From positions 15,066,001 to 15,130,000 of the forward strand of contig OZ024752.1 of NCBI GenBank assembly GCA_964016885.1: DNA of 64,000 bases, written 5' to 3'. Below are positions 24,507 through 38,484 of the stretch, one piece after another. The position numbers were made by a program, and so were the translations under genes. The notes beneath the pieces were generated by a model, which did not search any database, had not been told where the DNA came from, and saw nothing but the letters and a program-made list of their open reading frames with translations. This DNA is from Eledone cirrhosa (lineage: Eukaryota). How positions within the stretch are numbered: the stretch's first letter is position 1; each line of letters begins with the position of its first letter.

Positions 24507-25469
24507 CTAGCATTAAAGCCCGGCGTTGCTCGGGGTCAGTAAGTTACCAAAGTTAGGTTGGACCACCCATTTTATGGAGCACTTTTTTGTTTGCCAGGCA
24601 CTGGGTGAATGAATTGCAGACCTGGACTGCCGAAGCAGGAGCTGCGCCAGCAGTGACAGTTGTAGTTTCGCCTATGGATATTATCCCTGTGCAAAGAAGT
24701 GTTGTCATTTATTGTTTCAGATTCTTGCGCAACACGCGCGTAGACGATGCCAGCCGAACAACATAGCTGCGATGGAGTTGTTCTGCATGGTTGTCTAATG
24801 TGTGTTTTCTAAATTTAAGACAGTAGGGAGGGGTGTGATATGGGGGAGAGTTAGCTGTTGTTTCTAGCAGGTTTAGTGACCTCATAGAGCATATTATTGT
24901 GTATAGTAAATATACTGATACTTCTTTCTTCCACGTTCGTTGAGAGATGTTTTAAAAAAGATTTATCGCTATTTTTTTTGTTGTTGAATAAATTTATCCG
25001 TTGCTTTTGAATAAGTGTTGTTTCGTATGAAATGTAATAAGTTCTCTTTGTCATTGAAGTAAATGAATGTTTGCAAGTTCCACACTCAAAAACAAACGTT
25101 CTCTCTCTCTCACTCTCTTCTTTATTTCTTTCTCTCTTCTTTCTTAGACGTTCCTAAGGGGAGTTTGTAAGTTTAAGCGTGTATAAGAGAAAGTTGCAAC
25201 ATGTATGTAGTTTTATCGAATTTTAAGGGGAGTAGAGAGAGGTATTCAGATTGTATTAGAGGGGTAAAGCGTCATGTATTTAGTTTTATCGATTATTTGC
25301 GTAATTGTGGGTGAGTTTGAAAGAAGTAAATAGTCGTTGACTTAAGTTATACCATTTACAATATTCTTACAGACGTTGAGTCGAATCGGTTTGAAATTGT
25401 ACAAATGAATAAACATGGAACATGTACACACACACACACACAAAACAACAACAATCTGCCTTTTATAGA
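24507..25469 (-). mobile_element. Non-autonomous Helitron
   Basis: 3' end cccgagcaacgccggg...tgCTAG|t and 5' end a|TCtataaaagg on the minus strand. Confidence 0.75.
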
Positions 25470-25472
25470 TAA

Positions 25473-26059
25473 CTAGCAGTGGTACCCGTCGTTGCACGGG
25501 ATAAGGTATTTTGGAACGCGGTCCGCCAATAGACCTAAAAACTGCATGCCTAGACAATATGTAAAGAAAATAAACCGAATACTCTGACGGCTGGATAATA
25601 TTTAAGATTTTCCTCGATGAAGCAGGAAAAATGCAGGTTTTCACCTAATGCGGGCCCTAGGGGATCAAGAAAATGAATTTTTTTATGTGCATAATATGCC
25701 TTGAAATTTCGGGAAAATCGGCTAGACGTAACGCCTCCAAAAAAGCCCTAAGAAGCTGAAAAAAGGAAGTTTTTCACCTAATGCGGGCCCTAAGCCATAA
25801 CAAGTTGGATTTGCTTTGCTTACGGTATGAAGAAGAGACTGACTAATACATAGGTACAATTTCAAGGGAATCGGTCTGACGTAACGCCTCAAAAAAACCC
25901 CTTAAAATGTTAAACAAAAGAGTTTTTCACCTAATGCGGGCCCTAGGAGATACAAAAAGTTGATTTTTTTATGTGCGTAACACTCCCTCAAACATAAGTA
26001 ATACACATGTCAAGTTTGAAAAAAGTCGGTTGGGTACTTCTCGAGTTTAGGGATTCAAA

Positions 26060-26096
<37 letters not shown>

Positions 26097-26398
26097 CCTC
26101 AAGGAACTGACGTAATGCAGACAGTCAGACATACAGACAGATATTATAAGGGCGCCACGTTATAAGTATGTATCTATCTAAAAAGAGAAAGACTAAGAAT
26201 TATAGAGCGAGATCGCTAAATCGTCTAATGTTGTCTCTGGGTCATAGAAAATTTGAGATTTATTTTGCTCAGAACACTCCCTGAAACATAAGTATTACAT
26301 GTGTAAAGTTTGAAAACAGTCGGTTGGGTGTTTCTCGCGTTTTAGGGATTTGAACTCACACACACACAGACATACATCCTCAGTGTTATATATATAGA
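25473..26398 (-). mobile_element. Non-autonomous Helitron with three internal ~130-150-bp repeats
   Basis: 3' cccgtgcaacgacggg...tgCTAG; 5' TCtatatatataac; gtttt(t)cacctaatgcgggcccta at ~25637, ~25769 and ~25922; shares a block with 43430-43650. Confidence 0.75.
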
Positions 26399-26774
26399 CT
26401 AGCAGAAAACCGCCGACGGGTGGTTTTCTGCTAGTATATATATATATTACACACACAGAAATGTATATATATTTCTGTGTGTATATATATATTACACACA
26501 CAGAAATGTATATATATTTCTGTGTGTATATATATATATTTCTGTGTGTGTATATATATATATATTACACACACACAGAAATGTATATGTTTCTGTAGCA
26601 CCCCTCAATTCCCCCCTCTCTCCCTCCCACTATCCCCCTCTTGTAGTCTGTCTCTTTCTTTCACTCTCACTCTCTCTCTACGCGTGCCCAAAAAACATTC
26701 GCACGCGCGCACGTGTTTCCACTGTCGGACAGACAGACAAACAGAGAAATTGCTGGTTATATATTATAAGGAGA
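26399..26774 (-). mobile_element. Rearranged non-autonomous Helitron
   Basis: CTAG end abuts the previous element's TC start; 5' a|TCtccttataatatata followed by (TCTG)n; 38-bp terminal palindrome. Confidence 0.55.
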
Positions 26775-26902
26775 TTATGCTATATAACTCCACGCTATCC
26801 TTGACTGATCAGGAAACTAAACCCTACCTAAAACCTGTATAGCAATATAGCAATTTGCTAATATAAAAGCCTTGTGTATTTGCCCGTAACGCACTAGAAC
26901 AG

Positions 26903-27365
26903 ACTGAGGAAGGAAGGGGTTATTACGTCCACATAGGAAGAAAGGGGGTGATTATGTCGTCTGATCAGGGAAAGGGGTATTATAAAGACTGAGGAAGGAA
27001 GGGGTGATTACGTCCACAGAGGAAGAAAGGGGTGATTATGTCGTCTGAGGAACACAGGGGTGATTATGTCGACTGAGGAAGGAAGGGGTGATTACGTTGA
27101 CTGAGGAAGGAAAGGGTGATTATGTCGTCTGAGGAAGGCAGGGGTGATTATGTCGACTGAGGAAGGAAGGGGTGATTACGTTGACTGAGGAAGGAAGGGG
27201 TGATTATGTTGACTGAGGAAGGAAGGGGTGATTATATCGTCTGAGGAAGGCAGGGATGATTATGTTGACTGAGGAAGGAAGGGGTGAACATATCGTCTGA
27301 GGAAGGAAAGGGTGATGACATCCACTGAGGAAGGAAGGGGTGATTATGTCGTCTGAGGAAGGAAA
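26903..27365. repeat. 28-bp minisatellite (~16 copies), probably inside a Helitron-like element ending at 27506
   Basis: Unit ctgaggaaggaaggggtgatta(c/t)gt(c/t)g(a/t), with successive starts at 27073 and 27101. Confidence 0.92.
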
Positions 27366-27971
27366 GGTCAGAAACAATAGCGGTCCAGCGTTGTAAGATT
27401 CCTCACAGCTGTATGTTTGTATGTTTGCATCACTTGTGTGAGTGCGCGCGAAGGAACCAACCAACCAACCAACAAACAAACATCTCTTTTTTATATTATG
27501 TATAGATAATGCAATTAGCTGTTATTTTGGACGGCAGGGCGCCAGCTAGTATATTAATATTTGTGCGATGTTCACAATAATTTTCAAATAAGTATTATAC
27601 TACATGATAGGTTTGATTATATTTTACATTGAGCTGCTTTATAGCTGTATGCTGTTTAATACTATTGAGTGATGTTTGTTTTAGCTTTGTCTTCACCTGC
27701 GTATTTGGCACATCGTGAAATACAGACACATATCCCTTTACATAAATGCAATACTATAGAATAGTAATATCTTATGTGCTAGGAAAATATCTTATTTAAA
27801 GGACAAAATTACGGGTGTATTTATTTAACCTCACTAATCAACACTCTGCCTCATATGTAATTTCTCCATATTCGTTTCAAAGCCTGTGAACAGGTGATCA
27901 GCTTCCATATTTATCAATTTTTAATAATTCGATTTATCCACGCCATGTGATGAGAGGATACACAATGTATT

Positions 27972-28417
27972 ACTAGACCTGAAAAATGCGCAGTCTCAAA
28001 AGTGCCACAGAATGTTATAATAAACCTTCAAAAGTGTGGGACTAGAGTTGTTGCTCAAAAATATTGTAATCATTATCTATCGTACACTCTGTGGCATCCT
28101 TTTATAAAAGAGAGACTCATAACAAACTCAAAACGACACGATAATTATTTAAGCTCATGTTCAATATCTCATATTAGATGTTTAGTAATGATTAATACGA
28201 AATGCACTTAAGCTGAATCATATATCAAACATTCTTTTAAATAATGATTGTGTCGTCTTGAGTTCGTTATGAGTCTCTTTTTTATAAAAGGATGCCACAG
28301 AGTGTACGATAGATAATGATTACAATATTTTTTAGCAACAATTCTATTCCCAAACTTTTGAAGGTTTATTATAACATTCTGTGGCTCTTTTGAGCTTGCG
28401 CATTTTTCAGATCTAGT
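27972..28417. mobile_element. Fold-back/MITE-like element with ~200-bp inverted arms
   Basis: actagacctgaaaaatgcgca...ctctgtggcatccttttataaaa is matched by ttttataaaaggatgccacagag...tgcgcatttttcagatctagt. Confidence 0.88.
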
Positions 28418-29112
28418 TTAATATTTTTTTAAGGCAACACTTGTAATAACTCTAGTTAAACATAATATATATTAATAATAAATTATCGTTGTAATGTAAT
28501 TAGATTATATAATTGTTATTTTATAAATGATCTTATAAATATTATTGTAAGACGTATAAAATATTTTCAGACTTTTAATAGTTAATATAAATTTAAAAAA
28601 TCATATTTAAATTAACAATATAACTTACTAAAACGAGAAAAATATTTTGATGATAAAACGATGAAATACTGGAGGAAGATTCGAAAGCGAAACGATAAAT
28701 AAACGTGGAAACAAAGTGGCGGATGCTTTTGAGGAACAATTAATATCGTTGGTTGATTAGCCAATAATACGATGAAATTAGCCAATAAGACGATACATTA
28801 CAAAATATATTTGGGAGGCAGCACCATGGCAAGCGATACCCCTTGAAATGTTTATTCACAAGCTACGCATGTATGTCATACGTATGTAAGTCATGTCATG
28901 TCAACAACACATCAGACACGCAGACATAAAACATTCTGTTGTTAGTCACTGCGTGTCTAACAGATAATCGTTAAAACTTTTTAGAAAGGTATTTTAAAAA
29001 TCAATAATTATATGCCAAGATATGTTTGAAGAAAAATGTGTGGGGTTATCTAACCAATGGTTTTCATACACATAACACATATACATAGATAGAACATAGT
29101 TACATATAGAAA

Positions 29113-29212
29113 ATAATTGTTTCTAATTTTGGCACAAGGCCAGCAATTACCAGTGCATTACTGGTACTTTATTTTATCGACCCCGAAAGGATGAAAGGCA
29201 AAGTTAACCTCA
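29113..29212 (-). mobile_element. SINE, 3' half
   Basis: Reverse complement of the SINE core and tail. Confidence 0.88.
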
Positions 29213-30132
29213 GAAAATAATGAGGTATATTACATAAAAAAATGACTTTGATATTTTTGGAATATGCGCATAAGAAAACCAAATTTACAAACAGCAGATA
29301 GCTGTGGTAGAAGTTACTGCAGATTACAAATTCTGAAAGTCTACAATGATTCAACATCCATGAAGAAGCTATTACACATAAAGTATACTATGTAGCGAAT
29401 AATATGCAATTCATCAATTCCAGAAGAATTTGTATGGGAAAAAAAACAGAAATTTAAATGATATTTTAATAACTGCATTTTCAACGTAGGGACAAAATAG
29501 ACAGCAAATTAAATTCGATCTGGATAAGACGTTGTCACAGAGTAGAATATGTCTAACGTATATAACCAGTAAACGAGTAAAATTTGATATATATATATAC
29601 ACTCACATGGAATGTATGCCCATCGGTTTCAAGCAAGTGTACTCCAAGTATTTGATCAACTGAACAGCTTTATCATTAGATTAACATATGACTGAGCATT
29701 TCACAAACAAGTATAGTTTTAAAGGCAATTCTTAGTGAGATGTATCATGACAAAAATTGTTAAAAGATTGGCTTTTGAATAACAGATAAAGTCCTGAGGC
29801 GGGCTTCAGAACAGTCTCCATGAAACCAGTTTCATTTATATGGTATGACTCCATCCAATACCTAATGTCTCGTGGTTTCTGATTATAAACAAAAGCTAGT
29901 CACATTTACAAAATGCACATAACTGTTGTAAAATCACTGCATTGGTCGGGTATCGACTGTAATTAAAGTGGAGTGACGTAACTTCTAACGATCAGCGACT
30001 TTTAGACTCACCGGACTAAAGAAACAATTGTTAATACTGTAAATAAACCCTATTGTACAGTCGACCATGTTATTTTTCATTCTTTTGCTATATATAGCTT
30101 TACCTTTCCTACGGAAATACTTCAATTATATA

Positions 30133-30179
<47 letters not shown>

Positions 30180-30261
30180 AACATGATTTACCTTTTTTGC
30201 TTTACCTTTCCTGCGGAAATACTTCAATTATATATATATGTATATATATTTATATATAAAT

Positions 30262-30369
30262 GGCAAAAATGAAATTTCATTTCTCACTCCTAGTACAGCT
30301 GATACTTAAATATAAGCATATTTACGTACATACACATATGTATACAGACGTACAGTAGTATGTATATAC

Positions 30370-30406
<37 letters not shown>

Positions 30407-30800
30407 TATGGGTTAACCGAACATTTATTATAATGCTCCGTTTGTTTGTAAACAAACATCCCGAATTAAGCGGTACAGTGTTCGGCAACCATCGTTGCCC
30501 TTTTGTTCAACACTGACAAAGGAACGATAAACAAGTTTCTAACTTATTAGCTTTCATCAGCATCGTATACCTTCCTGTCAGTCGATTGAACGTTTGAAAG
30601 TATATACTTTCCTTATGCATATTAACGGCTTGGCAGCCTAATTTGCATATCAAGTGAGTTAGTCGGCCGGGCGTACGGAAAACGATAAATGGAAAAAATG
30701 AAATTTCATTTCACACTCTTAGTACGGCTGATACTTAAATATTAGCATGTATACATACATACATATATGTATACAGACGTACAGTAGTATGTATATACAT
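30262..30800 (-). mobile_element. Retrozyme-like HHR repeat, family E (~430-bp monomer plus partial tandem)
   Basis: aaatgaaatttcattt recurs at ~30267 and ~30696; degenerate HHR 30524-30566; homologous to 34934-35432. Confidence 0.75.
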
Positions 30801-30810
30801 ACACACACAC

Positions 30811-30890
<80 letters not shown>

Positions 30891-31563
30891 AGAGAGAGAT
30901 GGGGGGGGGGGGCGAGAGCCAGAATCAAAGAAAGAAAATGGCGAGTGGAATAAATGCCGTTATCGAGTGAGGTGAATGGTGAAGTGTTTCAGATTTCCAG
31001 TTGGTGTGTGATGACAAGTAATAATGGATATTATTAAGTATGGATATATGAATTAGTCTAACATGCCGGGGGTGTCTAGCTGATTATATCGATTTCAGCA
31101 TATATTGTGTAATTTATTTATCCTTCTTGTAGTTATAAATATAAAATAAAATTTAAAACTGGTCGAATTCAACCTCAAAATATTTGACGTCAGAAATCAA
31201 AATGTGTTTTTTTTCTACAAGCTCTTTTACATCAAAAGACCCAAGGGTATAACTGGTGATTGTATTATCGTTGCTGAATCAGATTTATCGGAGATATACC
31301 ATATCCCAAGAAATAGGAGTTACATTTGAGAAAGTACTACCAATTCATATATTAAATTTGTTAAATTCTAATAAACTACGATATCATGTTTTTACTAATC
31401 CTTACGTAGAGGACAGAAATGTTACCTCATGTCTAAAAATAGGAGCTGAATAAATATTCAAAGAAAATAAAACACGCACATACATACATACACACACACA
31501 TTCACGCGCATACATCTATATTTATATATATGTATATATATATGTATGTGTGTGTATGTATAC

Positions 31564-31629
<66 letters not shown>

Positions 31630-31688
31630 TACGTATATATATGAATATATATATATATATGTCCATATATATATGTATATATATGTGT

Positions 31689-31815
<127 letters not shown>

Positions 31816-31940
31816 GGAGGTGAGTTTTATTGTAGTACAATAAAGCAATGCAGATATCGGATAAGAAGCACTCTACAGTTTGTAGGACTGGAGTATACAT
31901 AATATATAAGAACAAAAGATTGTTAAAAGAGTTCCATGTA

Positions 31941-32007
31941 TTTTATTATGCGCATTTCAAAAACAAATATCATCATGCAATAATATTTGTGTTTTCATCA
32001 GATAAAA
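31941..32007 (-). ncRNA. Type I hammerhead ribozyme, family A
   Basis: ttttat-CTGATGA-aaac-acaaatattat..atgatatttgt-tttt-GAAA-tgcgca-TA-ataaaa. Confidence 0.85.
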
Positions 32008-32161
32008 CAGGAAGACATGATATGGAGGTTAAAAAACACTTGTGGATAGTTCAGTTTTAAATCAACAAATGAGAAGTAGTTTTCTAAAACTACTTTTCAT
32101 ATGTTGATTTAAAACTGAACTATCCACAAGTGTTTTTTAACCTTCATATCATGTCTTCCTG

Positions 32162-32228
32162 TTTTATCTGATGAAAACACAAATATTATTGCATGATGAT
32201 ATTTGTTTTTGAAATGCGCATAATAAAA
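32162..32228 (+). ncRNA. Type I hammerhead ribozyme, family A (mirror copy)
   Basis: Same motif as 31941-32007, on the plus strand. Confidence 0.85.
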
Positions 32229-32258
32229 TACATGGAACTCTTTTAACCATCTTTTGTT

Positions 32259-32295
<37 letters not shown>

Positions 32296-32351
32296 TATAT
32301 TTTATCTTGTGATTCTATAGACATGTTTTATGATATATATATATATATATA

Positions 32352-32403
<52 letters not shown>

Positions 32404-32417
32404 TATATATATATATA

Positions 32418-32461
<44 letters not shown>

Positions 32462-32476
32462 TATATATATATATGC

Positions 32477-32507
<31 letters not shown>

Positions 32508-32539
32508 TATATATATATATGCATATATATATATATATA

Positions 32540-32611
<72 letters not shown>

Positions 32612-32623
32612 TATATATATATA

Positions 32624-32659
<36 letters not shown>

Positions 32660-32674
32660 TATATATATATATGC

Positions 32675-32705
<31 letters not shown>

Positions 32706-32711
32706 TATATA

Positions 32712-33983
32712 CAGGGTTTGGACAAAATAATGGAAACACCTTAAAATTTCAAACAAATTTATTTTAACATGGGTTAGGACCGCCTTCGGCAGTAATTACA
32801 GCTTGAATTCTACGAGGTATGGACTCGTACAAAGTTTGAATTGCTTTCAAAGGAATTTTTGTCCATTCTTCAGCTAAAACAGTCTCCAGTTCTTCTAATG
32901 ATGATGGTGGATGATATCGACTCCTTACTTGTTTTTCTAAAGTGCACCATAAATGTTCAATAATATTGAGATCTGGGGACTGTGGTGACCAGATAATATG
33001 TTCAACATCACTACAATGTTCCTCGTGTCATTCAGAAACAACTTTAGCTGTGTGAATTGGTACATTATCAACCTGAAAGATTGTGTTTCCCTCCGGAAAC
33101 AGTTCCGGAATCATAGGATGAATTTGATCAGATAAAATGCTTAAATTGCCTTGACTATTAATTCTGCCATGAAGAGAAACCATTGGGCCGGCGGATTTCC
33201 AAGATATAGCCCCCAGATAATCACAGATCCTCCTCCATGTTTAACAGTTGGAAGAAGGCAGTCTTGGTCAAATGTTTCTTTTGGCTGTCTCCACACGTAT
33301 ACTCGGCCGGTGGTCGGAAATAAGGTGAAGGATGACTCGTCCGACAAAATAACATTCTTCCACTGCTCTAGGGACCAATTCTGTAGGTTTTTACTCCACT
33401 CTAAACGCTTTGTAACGTTTGTTTTTGAAAGTAGTGGTTTTCTGATTGCAGTCTTCCCGTGAAATTCGGCTTGGTGTAGCTCCCGGTGAACAGTTTTTGT
33501 GGAAACTGTGTTCTCGAGGTGGTCATTATGCTCTGCAGTAATTTTGGGAGCTCTACTTTTGTGATCCTTTCTAACAATTCGCGTAAGAATCCGACGGTCC
33601 TTATCTGAAAGTTTTGGTTTTCTGCCGGCATTTTTTCGATGAGGAGGTTTTTCCCTCATTCTCAAAGGCTGTTATTACTTTCTAGACGTTACTTCTTGTT
33701 ACAGCAAACATTTCGGCTGTTTTCGTTACGCTAGCGCCTGCCATACGAGCACCAACAATTTGACCTCCTTGAAAGTCCGATAGATCTGTCATTTTAATAA
33801 ATTTTAAGTAACCTTTTTATGATGTTATCTGAAAAACAACTGCAATTTTAACAAAACATATTAAGCAACACTAATAATAAATAAAAAGACATAAAAATAA
33901 ACAAAGCTTTTGACGGTTTTATAGATATTTCAAAATTATGATGCTATGATGGTAGGTGTTTCCATTATTTTGTCCAACCCCTG
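32712..33983 (-). mobile_element. Tc1-family DNA transposon
   Basis: ~30-bp TIRs cagggtttggacaaaataatggaaacacct / aggtgtttccattattttgtccaacccctg, TA on both sides. Confidence 0.95.
32764..33792 (-). pseudogene. Tc1 DDE transposase, disrupted
   Basis: MTDLSDFQGGQIVGARMAG, ILSDES, PTVKHGGGSV, IFQVDN, WSPQSPDLNIIEHLW, with stops and frameshifts. Confidence 0.92.
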
Positions 33984-34001
33984 TATATATATACACAGAC
34001 A

Positions 34002-34094
<93 letters not shown>

Positions 34095-34099
34095 GTATA

Positions 34100-34190
<91 letters not shown>

Positions 34191-34191
34191 C

Positions 34192-34933
<742 letters not shown>

Positions 34934-35605
34934 GAAACAAAATGAAAACGAAATTTCATTTCTCACTCTTAGTATGGCACTTACTTAAATGTAAGTATGC
35001 ATGTATACGTACATACATATATGTATACAGACGTACAGTAGCATGCACATATATATATATATATACATATATATATACATATGCATACAGGTACACATAC
35101 ATATATGCACGTATCAGTTTAGCGGCGCTAACGTCGCTTTGTTCGTTTGTAAACAAACTGAACAGCCTGAATTTATGCCATTCGGTGTTAAGGCAACCAC
35201 GTCACCTTTTTGTTCAACACTGACACAGGAACGATGTACTAGTTTCAAGCTTGTTAGCTATCATCAGCACCGTTTACCCATCTGCCAGATAGTTGAACGT
35301 TCGAAAGTATATACTTTCCTTATGAAAATTAACGGCTGAGCAGCCTAATTTGCATATTGAGTGAGTTAAATCGGTCAGGCATACCGAAAACGATAAATTG
35401 AAACAAAATGAAAACGAAATTTCATTTCTCACGTTTGTTTACAAACGAACAAAGCGACGTTAGCGCCGCTAAACTGATACGTGCATATATGTATGTGTAC
35501 CTGTATGCATATGTATATATATATGTATATATATATATATATGTGCATGCTACTGTACGTCTGTATACATATATGTATGTACGTATACATGCATACTTAC
35601 ATTTA
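34934..35605 (-). mobile_element. Retrozyme-like HHR repeat, family E (~466-bp monomer, terminal direct repeat, inverted segment)
   Basis: gaaacaaaatgaaaacgaaatttcatttctcac at 34934 and 35400; about 35434-35605 is an inverted copy of about 34985-35157. Confidence 0.85.
35230..35274 (-). ncRNA. Minimal type I hammerhead ribozyme, family E
   Basis: aacggtg-CTGATGA-t-agct-aaca-agct-t-GAAA-ctag-TA-catcgtt. Stem I can extend through ctggca/tgtcag and gttcaac/gttgaac. Confidence 0.88.
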
Positions 35606-35685
35606 TATATATATGTATATATATATATGTATATATATATATGTATATATATATATGTATATATATATGTGTATATATATATATG

Positions 35686-35730
<45 letters not shown>

Positions 35731-35800
35731 GTATATATATATATATACATGTATATATATATATGTATGTATATATATATATATATGTACATATATATAT

Positions 35801-36628
35801 GAGAGACGTAAGATAAGAAAATTATAAAATTATAAAAAAATTATAAAATTGACTTACTTACTAAAATATCACTTCCAACTAATTAATTTCTGGAATGGAG
35901 TAAATATATTTTCCGAAGAACGTACAGAAAAGCATTCCGTCGTCAGGAAAGTCTCTTTTCATGTAAGTTTCCAGGCATAGCGAGGACTCTGGAAACTTAT
36001 TAAAAAAAAAATTCAGTGGAGAGAAAATAGCGAAGCGTGGACTGAAATCCTAGCCATTGAGAAAATCACTGTCTCTACGTCCGTGGCAAATTCAAAAAGA
36101 ATCAATCACGTGACATCGATGTCAATCAGTGGTAAGCGAGTTGTTAATAAGACGGCGGCCTGCCTACTACTATAGCAGCAGTCATGGCCAATATTGCTCG
36201 ACAAATGAATTGGAGATAATTATAAAGAATTTATATCTAGTAACATATATACATACAGATGCATACCAATGCTAGCAAGTATATAGGTTTTGTCTTAGTA
36301 ACATTGTGGTTCAATGCATGGGGTTGCAGAACAATAATATGAGAGACGTAAGATAAGAAAATTATAAAATTATAAAATTGAATTTGCCACGGACGTAGAG
36401 ACAGTGATTTTCTCAATGGCTAGGATTTCAGTCCACGCTTCGCTATTTCCTCTCCACTGAATTATTTTTTTAATAAGTTTCCAGGGTCCTCGTTCTGCCT
36501 GGAAACTTACATGAAAAGAGACTTTCCTGACGACGGAATGCTTTTTTGTATGTTCTTCGGAAAATATATTTACTCCATTCCAGAAACTAATTAGTTGGAA
36601 GTGATATTTTAGTAAGTAAGTCAATTTT

Positions 36629-36630
<2 letters not shown>
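35801..36630. mobile_element. Family D: permuted ~540-bp monomer plus inverted duplication, with HHR on both strands
   Basis: gagagacgtaagataagaaa at 35801 and 36341; 36380-36630 is an inverted copy of ~35845-36093; minus-strand HHR at 35871-35952. Confidence 0.88.
36521..36602 (+). ncRNA. Type I hammerhead ribozyme, family D
   Basis: actttc-CTGACGA-c-ggaatg...cattcc-a-GAAA-ctaattag-TT-ggaagt. Confidence 0.85.
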
Positions 36631-36702
<72 letters not shown>

Positions 36703-36722
36703 TGTACATATATATATATGAG

Positions 36723-36753
<31 letters not shown>

Positions 36754-37668
36754 TTATTTTTAACCTATAGGTCTCCTTTTTAACTTCTCTCCCTCTCTAT
36801 CATTGGTTACTGCTACTTACTACTGTACTACTGTCTCGGTTTCCCCCTCTCTATCGGTATCTAATTTTCTGGGGTTTTTTTCTTTTTCTATCTTGTAGCT
36901 ATTAACGCACTGTGGTGAGATGTACTGACTTTAATGCGTTGCAGCATCAGCGAACCACAGCAGACAGCCGAAGAGCGGGAATTGTCCTTATGTTTGTGTT
37001 TCTCTTACATTTTCCAAACAATATTTATTACTAACCACGCAGCGCCCTTGTCATTCTTAATTCATATATACATATATATATATATTTGGTGTATGAACAT
37101 TCAGTGTGTGTGTGTGTATGTGTGTGTGTGAGAGTGTGTAATTAGAAGACAGTATATTTGAATTCAACCACTTTCTATTTATTACGTAATCACTGTTATA
37201 CCTATTTCGATATCATCTATTATGTAATACTCAGACACGATGTTATCGCTTTTTTACATGGATAAATATTAGTGTTGTAAATTCTTATCTGGTGAGAGTT
37301 TACATTGTTTCTTCTCCACTCCACTTGTATACGGAATTACCCGATGATATTTTTTTTGTTCACGTCACTTAGGGCATACGTACTATTTGGCGCATAGTTG
37401 TTGCCAGTTCCTATTTGTCCGATCTCTGTTCGTGTCACCCACTCAATTGTCTCTTGATGGTTTTGTTGACACTCATTCCCGGTTCATCAGCTCATATATC
37501 TTAGAGAGAATGTGTTATCAAGAGCTGGCACCATGAAAGCAAATTCTTGGTAAAATATTTTCTTTTATGAGCGGCTAATATAATATGTCCAATGGTCTAG
37601 TATATATTCTTCAGTGCACATATATAAAGAACGTCATATAAATATTTACATATATATTGGGTCTGATC

Positions 37669-38115
37669 ATAATTGTTTCTACTTTTAGGCACAAGGCCAG
37701 CAATTACCCAGTTCATTACTGGTACTTTATTTTATCGACCCCGTAAGGATGAAAGGCAAAGTCAACCTCGGCGGGATTTGAACTCAGATCGTAAAGGGAC
37801 GTAACTATGCTGGAAAGCATGGCGTCCGACCCTCTACCGATACTGCCAATCCACCATGGAATCAAATTCCCATTGTCACTGCCTCCGTCTCTCTCGCCCT
37901 CCCCATCTCTCATTATTATATGTAATGGGGTGGATTGGCAGTATCGGTAGAGGGTCGGATGTCATGCTTTGATGTATAGCGTTACGGCCCTTTCCATTCT
38001 GAGTTCAAATCACGCCGAGGTCAACTTTGCCTTTCATCCTTACGCGGTCGATAAAATAAAGTACCAGTAATGTACTGGGTAATTGCTGGCCTTGTGCCAA
38101 AAGTAGAAACAATTA
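37669..38115. mobile_element. Head-to-head SINE pair (37669-37856 minus; 37927-38115 plus)
   Basis: Two full SINEs about 70 bp apart in divergent orientation. Confidence 0.92.
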
Positions 38116-38484
38116 TTATATGTAATGGGGACCCACGCAAATTGTTCATTTATTTCAGTATTTGTTCAGTCCTCAAGATAGGCAATAAAAATAAACACCA
38201 GCAACAGCAACATCAGTTGTAAGATTGTAACTATGACCTGGTGAGGTGTGTAAGTCGAACCCCAGCAGCACAATCAATAAGAGCTGTTAAAAGGGTGGAT
38301 GAACTCCTCAGAATCAACCATCACCCACCCCGACTATGGGTTAAATAAACTCACCAACACGCAATTGTCAAACGTTCACACAGGACATGACCAAAACCAA
38401 AAATAAAAGCTGTGGTAATTAATCAGCAAGGGGTTCCTCCAACACGAGTGAAGCGACCCTGAATTGGATTAGTAGAATGGAAAT

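Noticed and set aside
26903-27365. CRISPR-like regular repeats containing CTGAGGA
   Set aside because: Contiguous 28-bp minisatellite with no unique spacers and no GAAA/stem arrangement; eukaryotic context.
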